Assembly (NCBI GenBank): GCA_030770535.1
Contig: JASVEC010000001.1
Location: 2,294,001 to 2,358,000, forward strand
DNA length: 64,000 nucleotides
DNA from: Batkoa obscura
Taxonomy: Eukaryota
Direction of reading: 5' to 3'
Shown: piece after piece, positions 40,414-54,423 of the stretch
Position numbering within the stretch: position 1 is the stretch's first letter
Layout: each line of letters starts with the position of its first letter
The notes under the pieces: generated by a model
The model's database searches: none
Told to the model about the DNA's origin: nothing
Seen by the model: the letters and a program-made list of their open reading frames with translations, nothing else
Made by a program: the position numbers and the translations under genes

Positions 40414-43400
40414 ATGTCAAATAATATCAAAGTAGTATGTCGGTTTCGACCACAAAATTCAATTGAATTATCTGCCAACGGAAAAGTAATAACTAGTTTT
40501 GAAAAGGAAGCCGATACAGTATCATTAGGAGTAATCTATAAATTAAAACAAAAAGGAACTAAAACTAATAAAGTTTTTTTTATAACAGATAGATAAAGAA
40601 TTAAATGAATCAAATACATTTACATTTGATAAATTATTTGGTCCTGATTCAACTCAATCTGAAGTTTTTGAATATTCTATTAAATCAACAGTGGACGGTA
40701 AATAATTTAAATAATCATAATTAAAATTAACTCAATAAGCTAATGTATTTTCTTTTTTAAAAATCCAGACGTATTAAAAGGTTATAATGGTACAGTGTTT
40801 GCTTATGGACAAACAGGATCTGGTAAAACATTTACAATGATGGTAAGTTAATTTCAATTATCAACTATTAAAATAAGTAAATTCAAAGAATTAAACATTA
40901 TTTTACAGGGTGCTAACACTGGTCAAGAAGAGTTCAAGGGAATCATCCCACGAATAGTTGAAAGTATCTTTACACATATAATTGATTCACCTGATTCGTT
41001 AGAATATACAGTCAATGTATCCTATATGGAAATTTATATGGAAAAAATTAGGGATTTATTAAATCGTAGGTTTTATTATATAATAAATATTTTATATTTG
41101 ATTTTGTTATTGATAAATATTTTAACTTATTTTAGCTCAAAATGATAATCTCCCAATTCATGAAGAAAAAAATCGAGGTGTTTATGTCAAAGGTTTAATG
41201 GAAGTTTATGTTAGTTCAATTGATGAAGTTTATGAAGTTATGAGTAAAGGTATTAAATCGAGAGCAGTGGCACATACAAGTAAATTAACTTTAAATACTA
41301 TTTCGTTGAATGTTAATTTTAATTTGATTAGATATGAATGCCGAAAGCTCTAGAAGTCATTCAATATTTGTAATTACAATCAATCAAAAAAATTTATTGG
41401 ATGGTGGTAGTGTTAAAAGAGGAAGACTGTATTTAGTGGATTTGGCTGGTTCTGAAAAAGTAAGTAATAAAAAATTAATAAAAATAGTATTAAAATTTTA
41501 TTATTATTATTAATAGGTCGGAAAAACAGGAGCTTCTGGGCAAACTTTGGAAGAAGCTAAAAAAATTAATAAATCTTTATCCTCTTTAGGTATGGTTATC
41601 AATGCCTTGACAGATGGAAAATCCTCTCATGTACCTTATAGAGATTCTAAATTAACTAGAATATTACAGGAATCTTTAGGTGGTAATTCACGAACTACTT
41701 TAATTATTAATTGTTCTCCTTCTTCTTTTAATGAAGCTGAAACATTAAGTACTTTAAGGTTTGGAATGAGGTAAATTTTAAGATTTGATAATTTAATTAA
41801 AATTTTAAAATTTCACTTTTTTTAGAGCTAAGAAGATTAAGAATAAAGCTAAAATTAATCAAGACCTTAGTCCAGCTGAACTTAAAGCATTACTTAAAAA
41901 AGCCAATACTCAAATTATTACTTTCCAACAATATATTAAATTATTAGAAGAGGAACTTAATATTTGGAGAAATGGTAAGTTGAGATTATTAAATATCTAT
42001 ATTTAATAAATCAAATCAAATTAAATTAACAAAAACTTTAATAAGGTGGTAATGTAACGAAAGAAAATTTTGCAACAGCAGATAAATTAAATTTAGCCAT
42101 ATCCAGACCAAGTATAACACATTCACGATCAAAATCCTATGATATTATGAATGGCCCATTATCAGATACACCTAATGGTTCAGGTACATCAACGCCTAGT
42201 TTAACATCTCCTTCAAATGTTACTCAAGTTGTCCAACCTAATTGGACAATACCATCTCCATTAGCAGAAGAGGAAAAGGAAATGTATTTACAAAGAGAAA
42301 ACCAATTAATGGATTCATTAGCTGAAAAAGTAAGTTAAATAAATTATAAAGTAATTTGAGTTTTAATTAACATAATAATTATAATTATTAGGAAGATGAA
42401 ATAGCTGAATTACATCAAACAATGGAAAAGTATGAAAAAGAAATTGAACAATTTGAAATGGAAAAAATGAAACAAATGGAACAAGAGAATCAAATTATGA
42501 AATTAGAGATTAATCAAATGAAGTTAGAAAATGATACAATGAAATATGAAAATGAAGAAATGAAAATTAATTATGATAGTATATTAGAAAAATGTCAAAG
42601 CTTAGAAAGAAATCTAAAAGAAAGTTTAAAAAGAGTAGAAGAATTAGAAAATATCAATGAATCAAGTGGAGATAAAAGAAAAGAAAGAATGCATAATAAA
42701 AGGGTGGAAAAAATTGTTAAAATGATGACAACATCAAAATCAGTTATTGCTGCAGGTAATCATGAAAAAGAGATTCGAGATACTTTAGACGATTTAGAGA
42801 GATTAAAAGAAAATCAACCTGTTTCCAATAAAGATATAGTTAAATTACGTAATCAAATGAACGAATTGCAAACCCAAGTTAAAGAAAAAGATTTATCAAT
42901 TAAAAATCTAATTATGGATCAACAAATGCTACAAGAAAAGAATAACTTATTAAATGAAAAATACAATAATGTTAATAAAGAATATGAGCAATTATTAACT
43001 AAATCTCATTTTAAAGATCATGTTTCATTTGAAGAAATAAAAAACAAATTAGAAGACCAATATGATTTAAAAACACAAACATTAAAAGAAGAAATTGAGC
43101 ATCAAAAACAAAGATTTGATATCAAAGAAAAAGAATGTTTAGAGTTAATGGAAAATAGTAAATTAATAACAAAGGAAAACGATGAATTAAAGAATCAAAT
43201 TGAATATTACATCAAATTAGATCCAACAGGAACAAATGTTATGGTAATGGAATTAAAAGAAAAAATGGCTTTACAATTAAATGAATTTGAAAAACATAAA
43301 GAAATGTTGGCTAAAGAATTAGATGCTCGATGTAATAAAGTAGCGGAATTAGAAGAAATTTTAAATGATAGTCAAAAAGAATATCAACAAAGTATTAAAG

Positions 43401-43833
43401 AAAGGAAAAAAGCAGCTATTAATAAAAAGAGATTAAATACTATTGATAATTTTGTACAAAAATTAAGTCATGTACATCATACAGTAAGTTTATAATAAAT
43501 GTATTGTGATTGTATTATTAATATTTTTACTATTAGTTAGTGGAGCAAAATCACATGTTAAAGAAAGAAAGTTCTAATTTGGAAAGAAAACTTAATACTC
43601 GAAGTGAACGTATAGCATGTTTGGAAAAATTACTAGAAGAATCAACTAATAAATTAAAATTACAAGCCGAAAAATTTGAGTTACAGTTTAAAATGATAAA
43701 TGAAAAAAATAAAATTAAACCTAGTTTTATTTATCCTAAAGGTCAAGTAAATAATGGACAAAAATTAAACAATCAACAACAAGGATTTACAAGAATTGCT
43801 AAGCCACTTAGAGGTGGAGGTAAGGTAAATTAA
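40414..43833 (+). CDS. Kinesin-1 (conventional kinesin) heavy chain, multi-exon; may have one more short 3' exon to ~43950
   Basis: [57 protein letters not shown], long coiled coil and tail [10 protein letters not shown] (IAK motif). Confidence 0.95.
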
Positions 43834-44007
43834 AATGAAATGAAAGTGTAATTGATAGTAATTCTTCTCTGATTTGGTTCAAATGAATGTTTTTCTTATT
43901 ATTGTTTTTATTCGTTGCATTTTTTAGGAGATTGAATTTAATTTAATGAATTAAACAAATTTAATAAATTTTTGTTTTTTAAAAATAGTTTAATATTATT
44001 ATTATCT

Positions 44008-44996
44008 TCAAGGATATATTTGAGACGCAGTTACGACTTGATCTAATTGATAATCATACTCTTCCATAGGTATTTCGTTACATATTTGCTCTTCTAAGCA
44101 TATACCAACTTAATAGTAAATATAATTAATAATGAAAATTGATATTATTCATGTTGTTTAATTATTTTTAAATTAAATTTACCTAATAAGGGTTTCTTAT
44201 TAAATTTAATCAAATGTTGTTGAATGAATTTATCATAATAACTAAATAAATAAAGTCAATTTAATAGAATTAACAGAATTGACTATTAAATTTTTTTACC
44301 CTTTTCCGTAACCAATTCTATTACATTTGATATCAAACCCAAGACCTATAAAAGGATTAAAAACAATACATGAAAACCTACAATTTAATTTTTGATATTA
44401 TTTTATTGAACTTACCAGGTAGTAAAATAAGATCCAAGCCATTTTCAAGATTAAATACTGCTTTTTAAAACAATCCATTAAAATAAAACTTAACAAATTA
44501 TTTATTACCATCCATTCCCTCTTCTCCATCTAAAGGTTCTGGTATATTCCAATTATTTTTTGGTAGATCATTAAGTTCCTGAATACTTTTGATTTCCACC
44601 ATACGCATATCATCTCCTTTAGTTTTTGGTATAAAACATTGTTTATCTATTTAATTGAATATAAACTTAACTTAAATGAAAAAATAGAAACAGGAGATAA
44701 ATACTTTGTAATAATATTTCTTTCACTAGATCTTCTGTTTTTAATTCTGAAAAGGGCATATTTAAATAAATGGATATCTTTTTTGAATTTTGGAACCAAG
44801 AAGAAGAAGTGATATGTTTTGTCACTTTAAGTGCTTTAAAAGTGAAAGAGTACAGATTAGTAGTCTCGTTTTTTGCTTAATAGAGGTATATGAATATTAA
44901 CGACTTACATTGCTTTTTTACATTTTCTTCAGTTACTTGTTTGAGTCGAAGTTTAATACTTTTTCTTAATTCTTTTTTAATTATGTTAAGTGACAT
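44008..44996 (-). CDS. FAU1: 5-formyltetrahydrofolate cyclo-ligase (MTHFS), ~7 exons; absent from ORF track
   Basis: Spliced: MSLNIIKKELRKSIK, ISIYLNMPFSELKT, CFIPK, LPKNNWNIPEP, LDLILLPG, FDIKCNRIGYGKGYYD, EQICNEIPMEEYDYQLDQVVT. Confidence 0.9.
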
Positions 44997-45210
44997 TATT
45001 AATTTTAAACTAGATAAAAAAAAATAAAGCTTCTAAAAAAGAAAGTACTTTTTAATTTAAGAAAATCATGATCAAATCAACAAAAAACATTTACTTGAAT
45101 CTCTATAATGTAATTTTTATTCGTAATTTTTTTTTTAAAGTTACTCTTCTCTGTATATCCCAAAAAAAATTCAATTCGTTCATCTATTATTTATATAATA
45201 AATCAACTCT

Positions 45211-47424
45211 TTAAGCAGTAGGAAAACTATGTAAACGGAACAAGAGTGCTCTACCATTTTGATTGCCCACCGCAAAATAACCTGAATTAGGTGAAAATGC
45301 TATTGATGTAGCATGAGAAATGGGGGTATTTAACATGGGCCAATTAGCGAAGGCTTTTTTGCTATTAATATCAAACTAAAGGAATAAATAATAAATAAAA
45401 GAATAATGTTATCTTATATTAATTGTTAGAAATATTGATGACTTACCAATTTCACTTGATCTCTTTTATCGGAAGAAGAAATAGCTAATATTTGAGACGA
45501 ATGGTTAAAAGTACAGTTATCAATTTTGGTTACTAGATTTTTAATTTCTTTAATTGGTTTAGGATTATTATTATTTAAATCTTTAGTTTCATATAAATTA
45601 ACAATTCCAGTTTCTGAACTAAATAAAAATAAATTAATTAATTGAAAATTATTCACATACAACTATTTATAACAAATGATTTATAAAATTTAAATTCCTT
45701 ACCCAATGCATAAATAATTATTATCTGGACTCATTGACATAGATGAGGCTTTAAATCCAGCAAAATCTTGAAATTTATTAATACATCTTAACATCCTAAT
45801 ATCCCAACAATAAACATTTGAGGTGCTTGATAATGTATATAATAAATTTTCATTTTTATCGAAACAAATTGATTTTGGTATTCCATCCGGTAAATTCATT
45901 GTTCCCATTAACATTTTAGTTTGACTGTTGACTAAATGGATTCCCGAATTTAATGTAGAAGCAAACGCTATATAATTCGAATTGGGAGAGATGGTAGTGG
46001 CAATATCGAACCCGCCTCGATATTTTTCATTTTTTAATCTACTACTGTTAATATTTCCACTCTCTACATCAATTACATAAAATTGTGTGGTTTTACTAGA
46101 GACGATAATTTGTTGTCCTCCATTAATAAATTTAGCTGAAGTATAATCTTTGATTGGTGGATTTATTTCTTTTATTAATGGATTATTTTTACCATCTACC
46201 TATTTATTATAAGATTATTATAAAATTATTATAAAATTGTTATAAAATTATTATAAAATTATTATATATTAAAGTAAACTTACTCTAAACAAACTGATTG
46301 GATTTTTGTTACCCGCTAACATAACTACTTCCCCATTTTCATGAAATTCAGTAAACTTAATAGAACCCTAAAATTAATTATTAGTAACTTATATTTATAA
46401 ATAACAATCAAACTATAAATTACCTGAAGTTGTTTTGATTTAGTAATATCCGGACAACGTTCGTATGGTAATTTTTCAGAATCTAAACGTTTGATACTTA
46501 AACTAGTATCAATAACACCATTTACTTTTCTAAATGGTGCCATGATTTCATCATCCAAAGTATCTAAAGTAGTAGCCCATGTAGGTTCATTATTTAATTT
46601 TTTATGTCTATTTAAAATAAATATTAATATTAATCAATAGAATTTAAATCAAAACATATTTACGTTTCTCTTAATTTTTCTTGCAATTTATCACCTGAAA
46701 TTTGAACATCATTTTCAGTAACTCGATATTTCTTTAATTTTACTTCTTTTGCAATAGCTATTACTTCTTGTTCATCATCATCATCCACCCATGCTGCTTT
46801 TTCTATTTATTATTTCAAGTTAGCTTATTCCTTTATTTAACCCTTATATTTTAATATTACCTTCAGTTTCTTCTTCTTCACTCTCCTCACTCAATTCGCT
46901 ATCTTCTTCTTCCTCACCTTCTTGTACTACGCCAGCATCTAAATGAAATAACTGAAAAAATGATTCATATTAATCCTACGAATTAAATAACATAAAAATA
47001 CACTCACTTCTTTACCACTTTGATCAAACACAACTTCAGATTGTTTTCTGTTTTCCAAATCCAATTGATTATTAGTAAAATCAAGGGTACTCTTCAACTC
47101 TTCATTATCTTTAACACCAAATACTAAAGCTTCAAGCTCTTCTTCATATTCATCTTTTTCATATTCTTCTTCACTGTCAGAATGAGTGTTTTTTCTTTTA
47201 AGACTTTTTGCTAAAGTTTCTACTTCAGAACTTTCTTCTTCGTCAGCCTCTTCTTCAGCTTCAGAAATGTCTTCTTCTTCCATCTCTTCTCCGCTCTCCT
47301 CCGCTTCTTCTCTTTCATCTTCTAGATCTCCCTGGTTTATCTCTAATTCATTATCATCTTCTAATTGTTTTGTATTTAAAACCTCTTCATTCGATTTGAA
47401 CTCACTGCTCTTTTTAGATACCAT
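45211..47424 (-). CDS. UTP18: U3 snoRNP-associated WD40 protein Utp18, multi-exon
   Basis: EEELEALVFG, AAWVDDDD, KLRETHKKLNNEPTWA, FRVDGKNN, TGIVNLY, FNHSSQILAISS, FANWPMLNTP, FSPNSGYFAVGNQNGRALLFRL. Confidence 0.9.
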
Positions 47425-47965
47425 ATTTTCTACTTTAAAAAAAATTCAGTTTGAATTTTTCGAAATTGAAATTTCAAATGAATTTGGATTTGAAAAAGAA
47501 ATTTGGGAAGGGAAATTATATTTTGTTCAATTTTTTAAGGCTTCAATTAAAAGAACTGTTTTTTAAATGCTAAGAAAAGTTACTTTTATAAAAGTCCGCA
47601 GTTTTTGAAGAGTTAAAATTTTTTTGAGTGTAAGAAGATCTGAAAATTGAGTAATGGATTTCTATATATATTAAATTCTATTAATATACAAAATAGATAA
47701 GCTTATATTAATGATAAGTATAGAGACAAAGATAATAGTAATAATATCAATTAGCTTATCCTCAACAACTTCTATTGTCTTTATAAATAGAAGCTTCAAC
47801 AAAAATATTACTCATTTCAGTAATCCTAACAACCTAAAAATCTCGACTCTTTATTGGGTAGAAAATGAACAAAATTAACTAAAAAAAGTTGACTAAAAAA
47901 AATTCAAATTTTATCAATTCTGCGAAAAAACCAAAACAACTATTAATCAACAATTCAAAAACAAG

Positions 47966-49338
47966 ATGAGCAACGTTTTATTAGAATCCAATTGTCCTGA
48001 TTTAGAACTATTAGCTCGTGGTAAAGTACGCGATGTTTATTCTGTTGATGAAAAGAGTTTATTATTTGTTGCCACGGATAGACTATCTGCTTTTGATGTT
48101 GTTATGAACAATGTAAGTAATTTAGTCAATAATCTTATGTTTTACCTCATAATACACCTTATCTTCATGAAACATCTATTCAGATAAACTCAAGAAGAAC
48201 CTATATATTAATCTCTACTATTTCAATTCTCTAGGGTATCCCAAACAAAGGGAAAATCTTAACTCAGTTAAGTTTATTTTGGTTTCATTTATTAAGTGAA
48301 GTCAATGGGCATCATTTGATTACTGCTAACTTTGAAGAGATGCCAGAAAGTGTTAAAAAGTACAGAAATCAATTAGAAGGACGTTGTATGTTAGTTAAAA
48401 AATTGGAAATTTTACCAGTAGAAGCTATTGTCCGAGGGTATATTACTGGTAAGTTAAAAAGATATTATAACAAGTGGGATAATGTGTTAATAGAAATTGG
48501 ATTTAGGTTCTGGTTGGAAAGAATATCAAAATAAAGGCACTGTTTGTGATATCCAATTGCCTGTTGGTTTGAAAGAATCTCAAAAGTTAGAAAGACCATT
48601 ATTTACTCCTTCTACTAAAGCTGAGATCGGTGGTCATGGTAAGTCTATTTTTTATTTATTTATTGGACGGGCATTTATTTATTATTTTATTATTACTTTA
48701 GATGAAAACATACATCCTAGAGAAGGTAAATTTTTATTAAAAATGAATTAAATTTGTATGTTTATATTGATGTTTATTGTAGTGGCTAAGTTAATTGGTG
48801 AAGAAAAAGCCAATTTAATGGAAAGTGTAGCTATTAAATTATACGAAAAGGTAAATATAGAAAAGAAATAATATTTTAATAAATCTATTTATTTATAATC
48901 ATTTATTAGGCTAGAGATTATGCACTATCAAAAGGTATTATTATTGCAGATACCAAATTTGAATTTGGTGTTGATCAAAATGGTCAATTTACTTTAGCTG
49001 ATGAGGTATTAACTCCAGGTAATTTAATATTTATTAAAATATATAGTAATGATAATAATTAAATAGATTCTTCCCGTTTTTGGCCAGTAGATAAATATGA
49101 AGCTGGGCGAGGACAAGATAGGTAATTAATTATATTAATTTTATTTAAATAATTTTCATTGATGATACTCTTTTTTATCAGTTTTGATAAACAATATGTA
49201 AGAAATTATCTATTAGACAATGGCTTTAATAAAGATACATCCGATCCAGTAACTTTACCTGAAGACGTTGTTCAAGCTACATTAAATAAATATATTGAAG
49301 CTTTTGTTTTAATTACTGGAGAGCAACCTAAGCTTTAA
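47966..49338 (+). CDS. ADE1: SAICAR synthetase, multi-exon
   Basis: [73 protein letters not shown]. Confidence 0.96.
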
Positions 49339-49728
49339 GAAGAAGGGAAAATGAGTTATTAGATAGATAATTTTTTTTGTTTAGTAAATAAATAAAAAAG
49401 TATTTGGGAATTTAAAATATATTGATTATATATTCTTTTAAATAGAGTATTTACAATAGAAATAAAATATTTAATATTAAAATTAGTTCATGTCAAGTAT
49501 TAAAGAAATAGCTTTTTTTATAAATTTGAGTTTATAGTCACTTTAGGCTTTTTAAATATTAATTCATAAAATATTGATTGATTTATTAGTCCAAGATTAA
49601 TAAATAACTTAAATTTCTCACAAATAATATTAAAACCAATCAAAATTTCAAATCGAACTTTTACGTGGCAAAATAAAAGCACTAAACTTTTAGTTTACAG
49701 CTTTTAAATTTTATTGTTTAATTAAATC

Positions 49729-51690
49729 ATGGTAACAATTAGTTGACTATGAATTCAAGTAAAACTAACTATTGACTTAGGTTGTTTTAGCTGCATCTTT
49801 ATGTACCGCCAGTGGGAAAGGTAATTAAAATATTACTGTAATATAATAATTCATTAATATGTATACTTAGTGCTTGTTTCACGTCAGTTTGTAGAAGTAC
49901 CCAAGTCTAGAATCGAAGGTTTATTGAGCGCATTTCCAAAATTAACCGGTAGTGGATCTCAACATACGATTATAGAAACGGATAATATACGTTATGTATA
50001 TCAACCCATGGATAATTTATTTTTAATCTTATTAACCAATCGACAATCAAATATATTACAAGATATAGAAACTTTAAGATTAATGGGACGAGTATTTAAT
50101 AAAATTTGTCACTCTACAGATGAGGATAAAGTTTTAGAAAATAGTTTTGATTTATTATCTGGTTTTGATGAGATTGTTAGTTTAGGTTATAGAGATTCGG
50201 TGACTTTAGCTCAGATTTCTAATACTATTGAAATGGAATCTCATGAAGAACGTATTCAAGAGATTATTGCTAAGGTAACAATTTTGTGTTAGTACTAAAA
50301 TAAAAAACTTCCTATAAATTTTTATTTTAGAATAAAGAAAAAGAAGCTAAAGAAATGATGAGAGAAAAGATTAAACTTATGGATGAACAAAGAAAGAGGG
50401 ATGCTTTGGCCAATAGAGAAAAGCCAAATACTTTATCTAGTTCTAACCAAGGTGGTTACAAACCAGTACAAACGGATATCACACCTTCAAAAATGACCAA
50501 TTATGAACCAGTCACTAAAAAGAAGTAATCAATTAGTTTAATGCTTTTTAGAATTAAAATTAAAATGATTTAAGGTCTTCTGGGAGTGGTATGAAATTAG
50601 GAAGTAAAAGTAAAAGTAATAAAGTTATATCTTCTATTCAACCGGAAATTGAAATGGATGATTCATACGATCAAAATGAGGCTAATTATGAGGATCAAGA
50701 AGAGTAAGATAGATTATAATTGATTTTATTTATTATTTTATTTTATTTTTTTAGTATCCACTTTAAATTTGAAGAAAAAGTATATGCCAAATTAAGTCGA
50801 GATGGAGGTATTCATTCTATGGACTTGAGAGGAGAGCTTTCAGTTATGGTTCATAATGAAGCATACTCTTTTATTAAAGCTAGTTTAGGAGTACCAAATC
50901 AAAGTGATTATCAATTTATGGTAAATTCATTTTTTGATAATTGAAAAAGGGGTCTCAATAAATTAACATATTTTTATTTATTAGACAAACCCTAAAATGG
51001 ATAAAAATACTTTTAATAACGATTATACATTAACACTTAAAGATCAAAATCGTGGTTTCCCAGTAAATCAATCAGTTGGTATTTTAAAGTGGAAACTGGA
51101 AAATAAGAATAGTAATAAACTACCTTTCTCAGGTAATTTTTATTATTGATTTTAAAGTAATATGTAATATAATTTATAGTTACTTGTTGGGTATCACCTT
51201 CTAATAACAATAGTTGTGATATCACAATTGAAGTCAGAAGAGAAGATAATAATGTAGAAATCAATGATTTCATTTTTAGTATCCCAATTCCGTAAGTTAA
51301 TTTTATTACTTAAATTTCGTTATTTTTATTAACTTTTATTTAATAGTAGTGGGGATGAACCTGAATTAGGAGAATATCATGGTGATTGTACCCTTTCCGA
51401 TGATTCTTGTTTAGTATGGCAACTTCCTTCCCTCAATGAAGAGCAAAGTGAATGCCAGCTTGAATTTAATGCCCCATCTGATGATCAAGGTGAATCTTTC
51501 TTCCCTGTTTCACTAGAATTTATTTCAAATCAATTGATTTCAGGGTTAAATGTAAGTATTTTTGTACCAACTGTGCTTTATTTATTTATTGTTTAATTAG
51601 ATTACTGAAGTAATTTCAAATGAAACTCAAGATTCAGTTGCCTATTCTCAAGAAACAGTAGTTTATGCTGAAGATTGTTCCATTGTTTAA
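49729..51690 (+). CDS. RET2: Coatomer delta subunit (delta-COP), multi-exon; first coding exon is ATG only
   Basis: M|VVLAASLCTASGK|VLVSRQF, RIEGLLSAFPKL, RYVYQP, SNILQDIETL, MESHEERI, mu-homology domain TNPKMDK..FFPVSLEF. Confidence 0.93.
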
Positions 51691-51922
51691 AATTATTGAT
51701 GAATTCTCTTGAAATAAATTCCAGTATATTATTGGGATTAAAACTTAATTATTATTATTTTCGTTTATAAAATCAAATTTTTTATTTTACAACAATTTAG
51801 ATTTATACTAAATTTAACAAGTTTTTATTAAATTACTATGTCAAATTTGGCTAATTACAAAAATAAAAGCTATGTGTTTCAGAATAAAGCATTGTCAAAA
51901 ATGCAAACATAAACTAAACTCC

Positions 51923-54070
51923 TTAATCAATCTTAATGGATCTATAAATTTTTCTAACAAATAACAAGCAAGCTATAAATCCAGCAGAGCCTAATAAAAT
52001 AAAAGTCAATATTAAATAAATAAATAAACATCAAAGAATTTACCCGTAATCAAAAAAGTAAACACAGACACAATAATAGACCAACCAAAATAGATAACAA
52101 TAGAAGAAAACGAATCCAACTGCAATCTAGTAAAAAAATATAATATAGATAATAAAAACACATAAAATGCCGATGCGCCAGCAGTAAAATAAGATCGCCA
52201 CCACCAATGATAATTTTCAGAACATAAATGAAAGTAACATAATAATATACTGACTTGAGAACAAGTCAATATTAATATTATAAATACTAAAAATAAAAAC
52301 CCAAAAATATAATATAACCGATGAAACCATAATGAGTTCATAATAAAGTATAGCTCAAGGAAGATTGCACCAAAAGGAAGGATACCACCCACTAAAATGG
52401 TTGGAATTAGTTTGAGGTACATTGGCTGAGCTGGGATCTGACGAGGAATTTGGTTTGTACGTACTTGATGAGTAATTCTCTAAATACAAGGGTTTAATAT
52501 AAATAACAGAACTATGATATAATATATACTTACAGGTTTCTTAAATCCAAGATAAGAACCAAATAAGGATAAAGGTATTGAAATTAAGAACCAAAGGGTA
52601 ATCATAGTAAACATGGTACTAAAAGGAACAGCAGCTGAAGAACCAGATCCAATTAAAAAGAAGTTTAATAAAATAAATAAGGTAAAAATGATTCTGTTTA
52701 AGGTAAAAAAATATTAATTTGTACTAAAAAAATGAATTGAAATAAGCTTACCCTGGAAATAAAATAGCAGTTAATATCATGTTTGTTTTAAGATTCTGAC
52801 CTTGAAACATTTTATATAATCTTGATGAAGTGTAACCAGAAATCAAACCGAATAACATATATAATACTACCATACAAGTAACTAAAGATCCTCGCATTGT
52901 TGGTGTAAGAAATCCTAAAGTGGCAAATACTAAAAATTATATTAATATCTTTTTCTAATGCTATTGTTACTTATTACCTAAAGTTACAAATGCCATGCCT
53001 AATAATTGTAGTCCATTTCCTACCATAATAGATAATAACATGGAATGCGATGGGTTTCTAAACACATCCCCATGTACTAGTTTCCAACCAAAATCTTCTT
53101 GGATATCCTCCTACATGAATAACCATAGTTAAACATAAATTTAAACATTATAAAGTTAAATCTAAATTACCTGGGTTTCAATTTGATTATACCTTGAAAT
53201 ATCTTTGTGTAATGCTCTCAATAGAATCATAGCTACCATACCAGTTAAAAATAATACAATCACTGATGAATTAATCAATGAAAACCAGTGAATTGTTGAA
53301 TCCGGAATCTTCAAGTAAGCATCCCATCTTGTAGCCCAAGGGGTCTCTGAATACTCCCATCCAACTGAATAGGTGAATAATACTTCTTTATTAACCAGCG
53401 TACTACTCAATCTTAGGCTTTCTTTTATGCTACAATCTGGTACTCCATTTTTTAATTTAGTATCTTTACTCTTTGGATATACTTGTGCTCCAACCACTCT
53501 ATAATTTTCATAATCGGTGGTATGATATTGGATAATGATATCAAAGTGGTTATAAAAGATGGGGATATCGTTATTATTTGCTTCACCAATGGTAAACCCG
53601 ATTGAGTATAAACTGTTTGAATTTGAGTCTTTAGTTGTATCATGAGATACTGGTAAGCCATCGATCAACCAATCATGAGCATAATGTTCTTTGATTTTTT
53701 CATTAATGAATTCTCCGTCTATAGCTGGTATCTCTTTTTCACAGAGTAATTTACAGGTGCTGTTCCTTAGCATATTGATCTCATAAGGCGAAGAATATAA
53801 TCGATCACCGAATAAAACAGATCCTAAATTTTCACTTTTTAATTCTTTGACTTTAGGCTCACAGAAATGGAATTCGGGTTTATAATAACTTAAAGGTAAT
53901 ACCGAACGTAATTTTTGATCCCGTTTACTGATGATAGGTTGTAAAGCATTGACCACTAACTCTACTTTGTCCCCTTCTTTATAGTTTTGCGGGTTTAAAC
54001 CTGGAAGGTAGAAGGCATTTGCTGATGGTACCACCACTAATAAGCTTAATACTAAGTTTTTGAGTTTCAT
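51923..54070 (-). CDS. Transmembrane 9 superfamily (nonaspanin, Emp70/TM9SF2-4 type), multi-exon
   Basis: Signal peptide, AFYLPG, ENLGSVLFGDR, WATRWDAYL, IHWFSLINS, GWKLVHGDVFR, VRTNQIPRQIP, ENYHWWWRS and C-terminal IKID*. Confidence 0.95.
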
Positions 54071-54318
54071 GGAGAAATAAAAATATTTGGTAAGGTTGTT
54101 CGTCACTGTTAATAAATAAAAATTCATTTATTGACAGCCAATCATTAAGCTTAATTGTTAATTTCACCTTTTCTACTTTCCAAATTTTTCTATTGAGGAT
54201 TAGTGGTTATAAGAACAATCTGAAAAATGAGGTAATATTTTTCTTAGCATCTGTCCACTGCTTAAGCTTGGTAATTATAAAAATTATAGATTAAACCAAT
54301 AAACAACACTCATATTTC

Positions 54319-54423
54319 ATACGGGGATATATCTTTTTGAGTTATTTACTTTTCTATTTTTTTATCTCATATTGAGTGGAAAAGTTGCTAGAGAAATTTC
54401 TAAACAAAAAGGCACATGGATCT
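54319..54423. mobile_element. MITE-like element, degenerate copy 5
   Basis: ATACGGGGATATATCTTTTT...TTACTTTTCTATTTT...ATTGAGTGGAAAAGTTGCTAGAGAAATTTCTAAACAAAAA aligns by eye to copies 2 and 6. Confidence 0.55.

Noticed and set aside
44008..49338. MTHFS and ADE1 as a folate/purine gene cluster
   Set aside because: Separated by UTP18, with no other pathway genes; likely chance.
7043..54070. Several trafficking genes (AP-2 mu, VPS51, kinesin-1, delta-COP, TM9SF) as a functional cluster
   Set aside because: Dispersed among unrelated genes, and the category is large.
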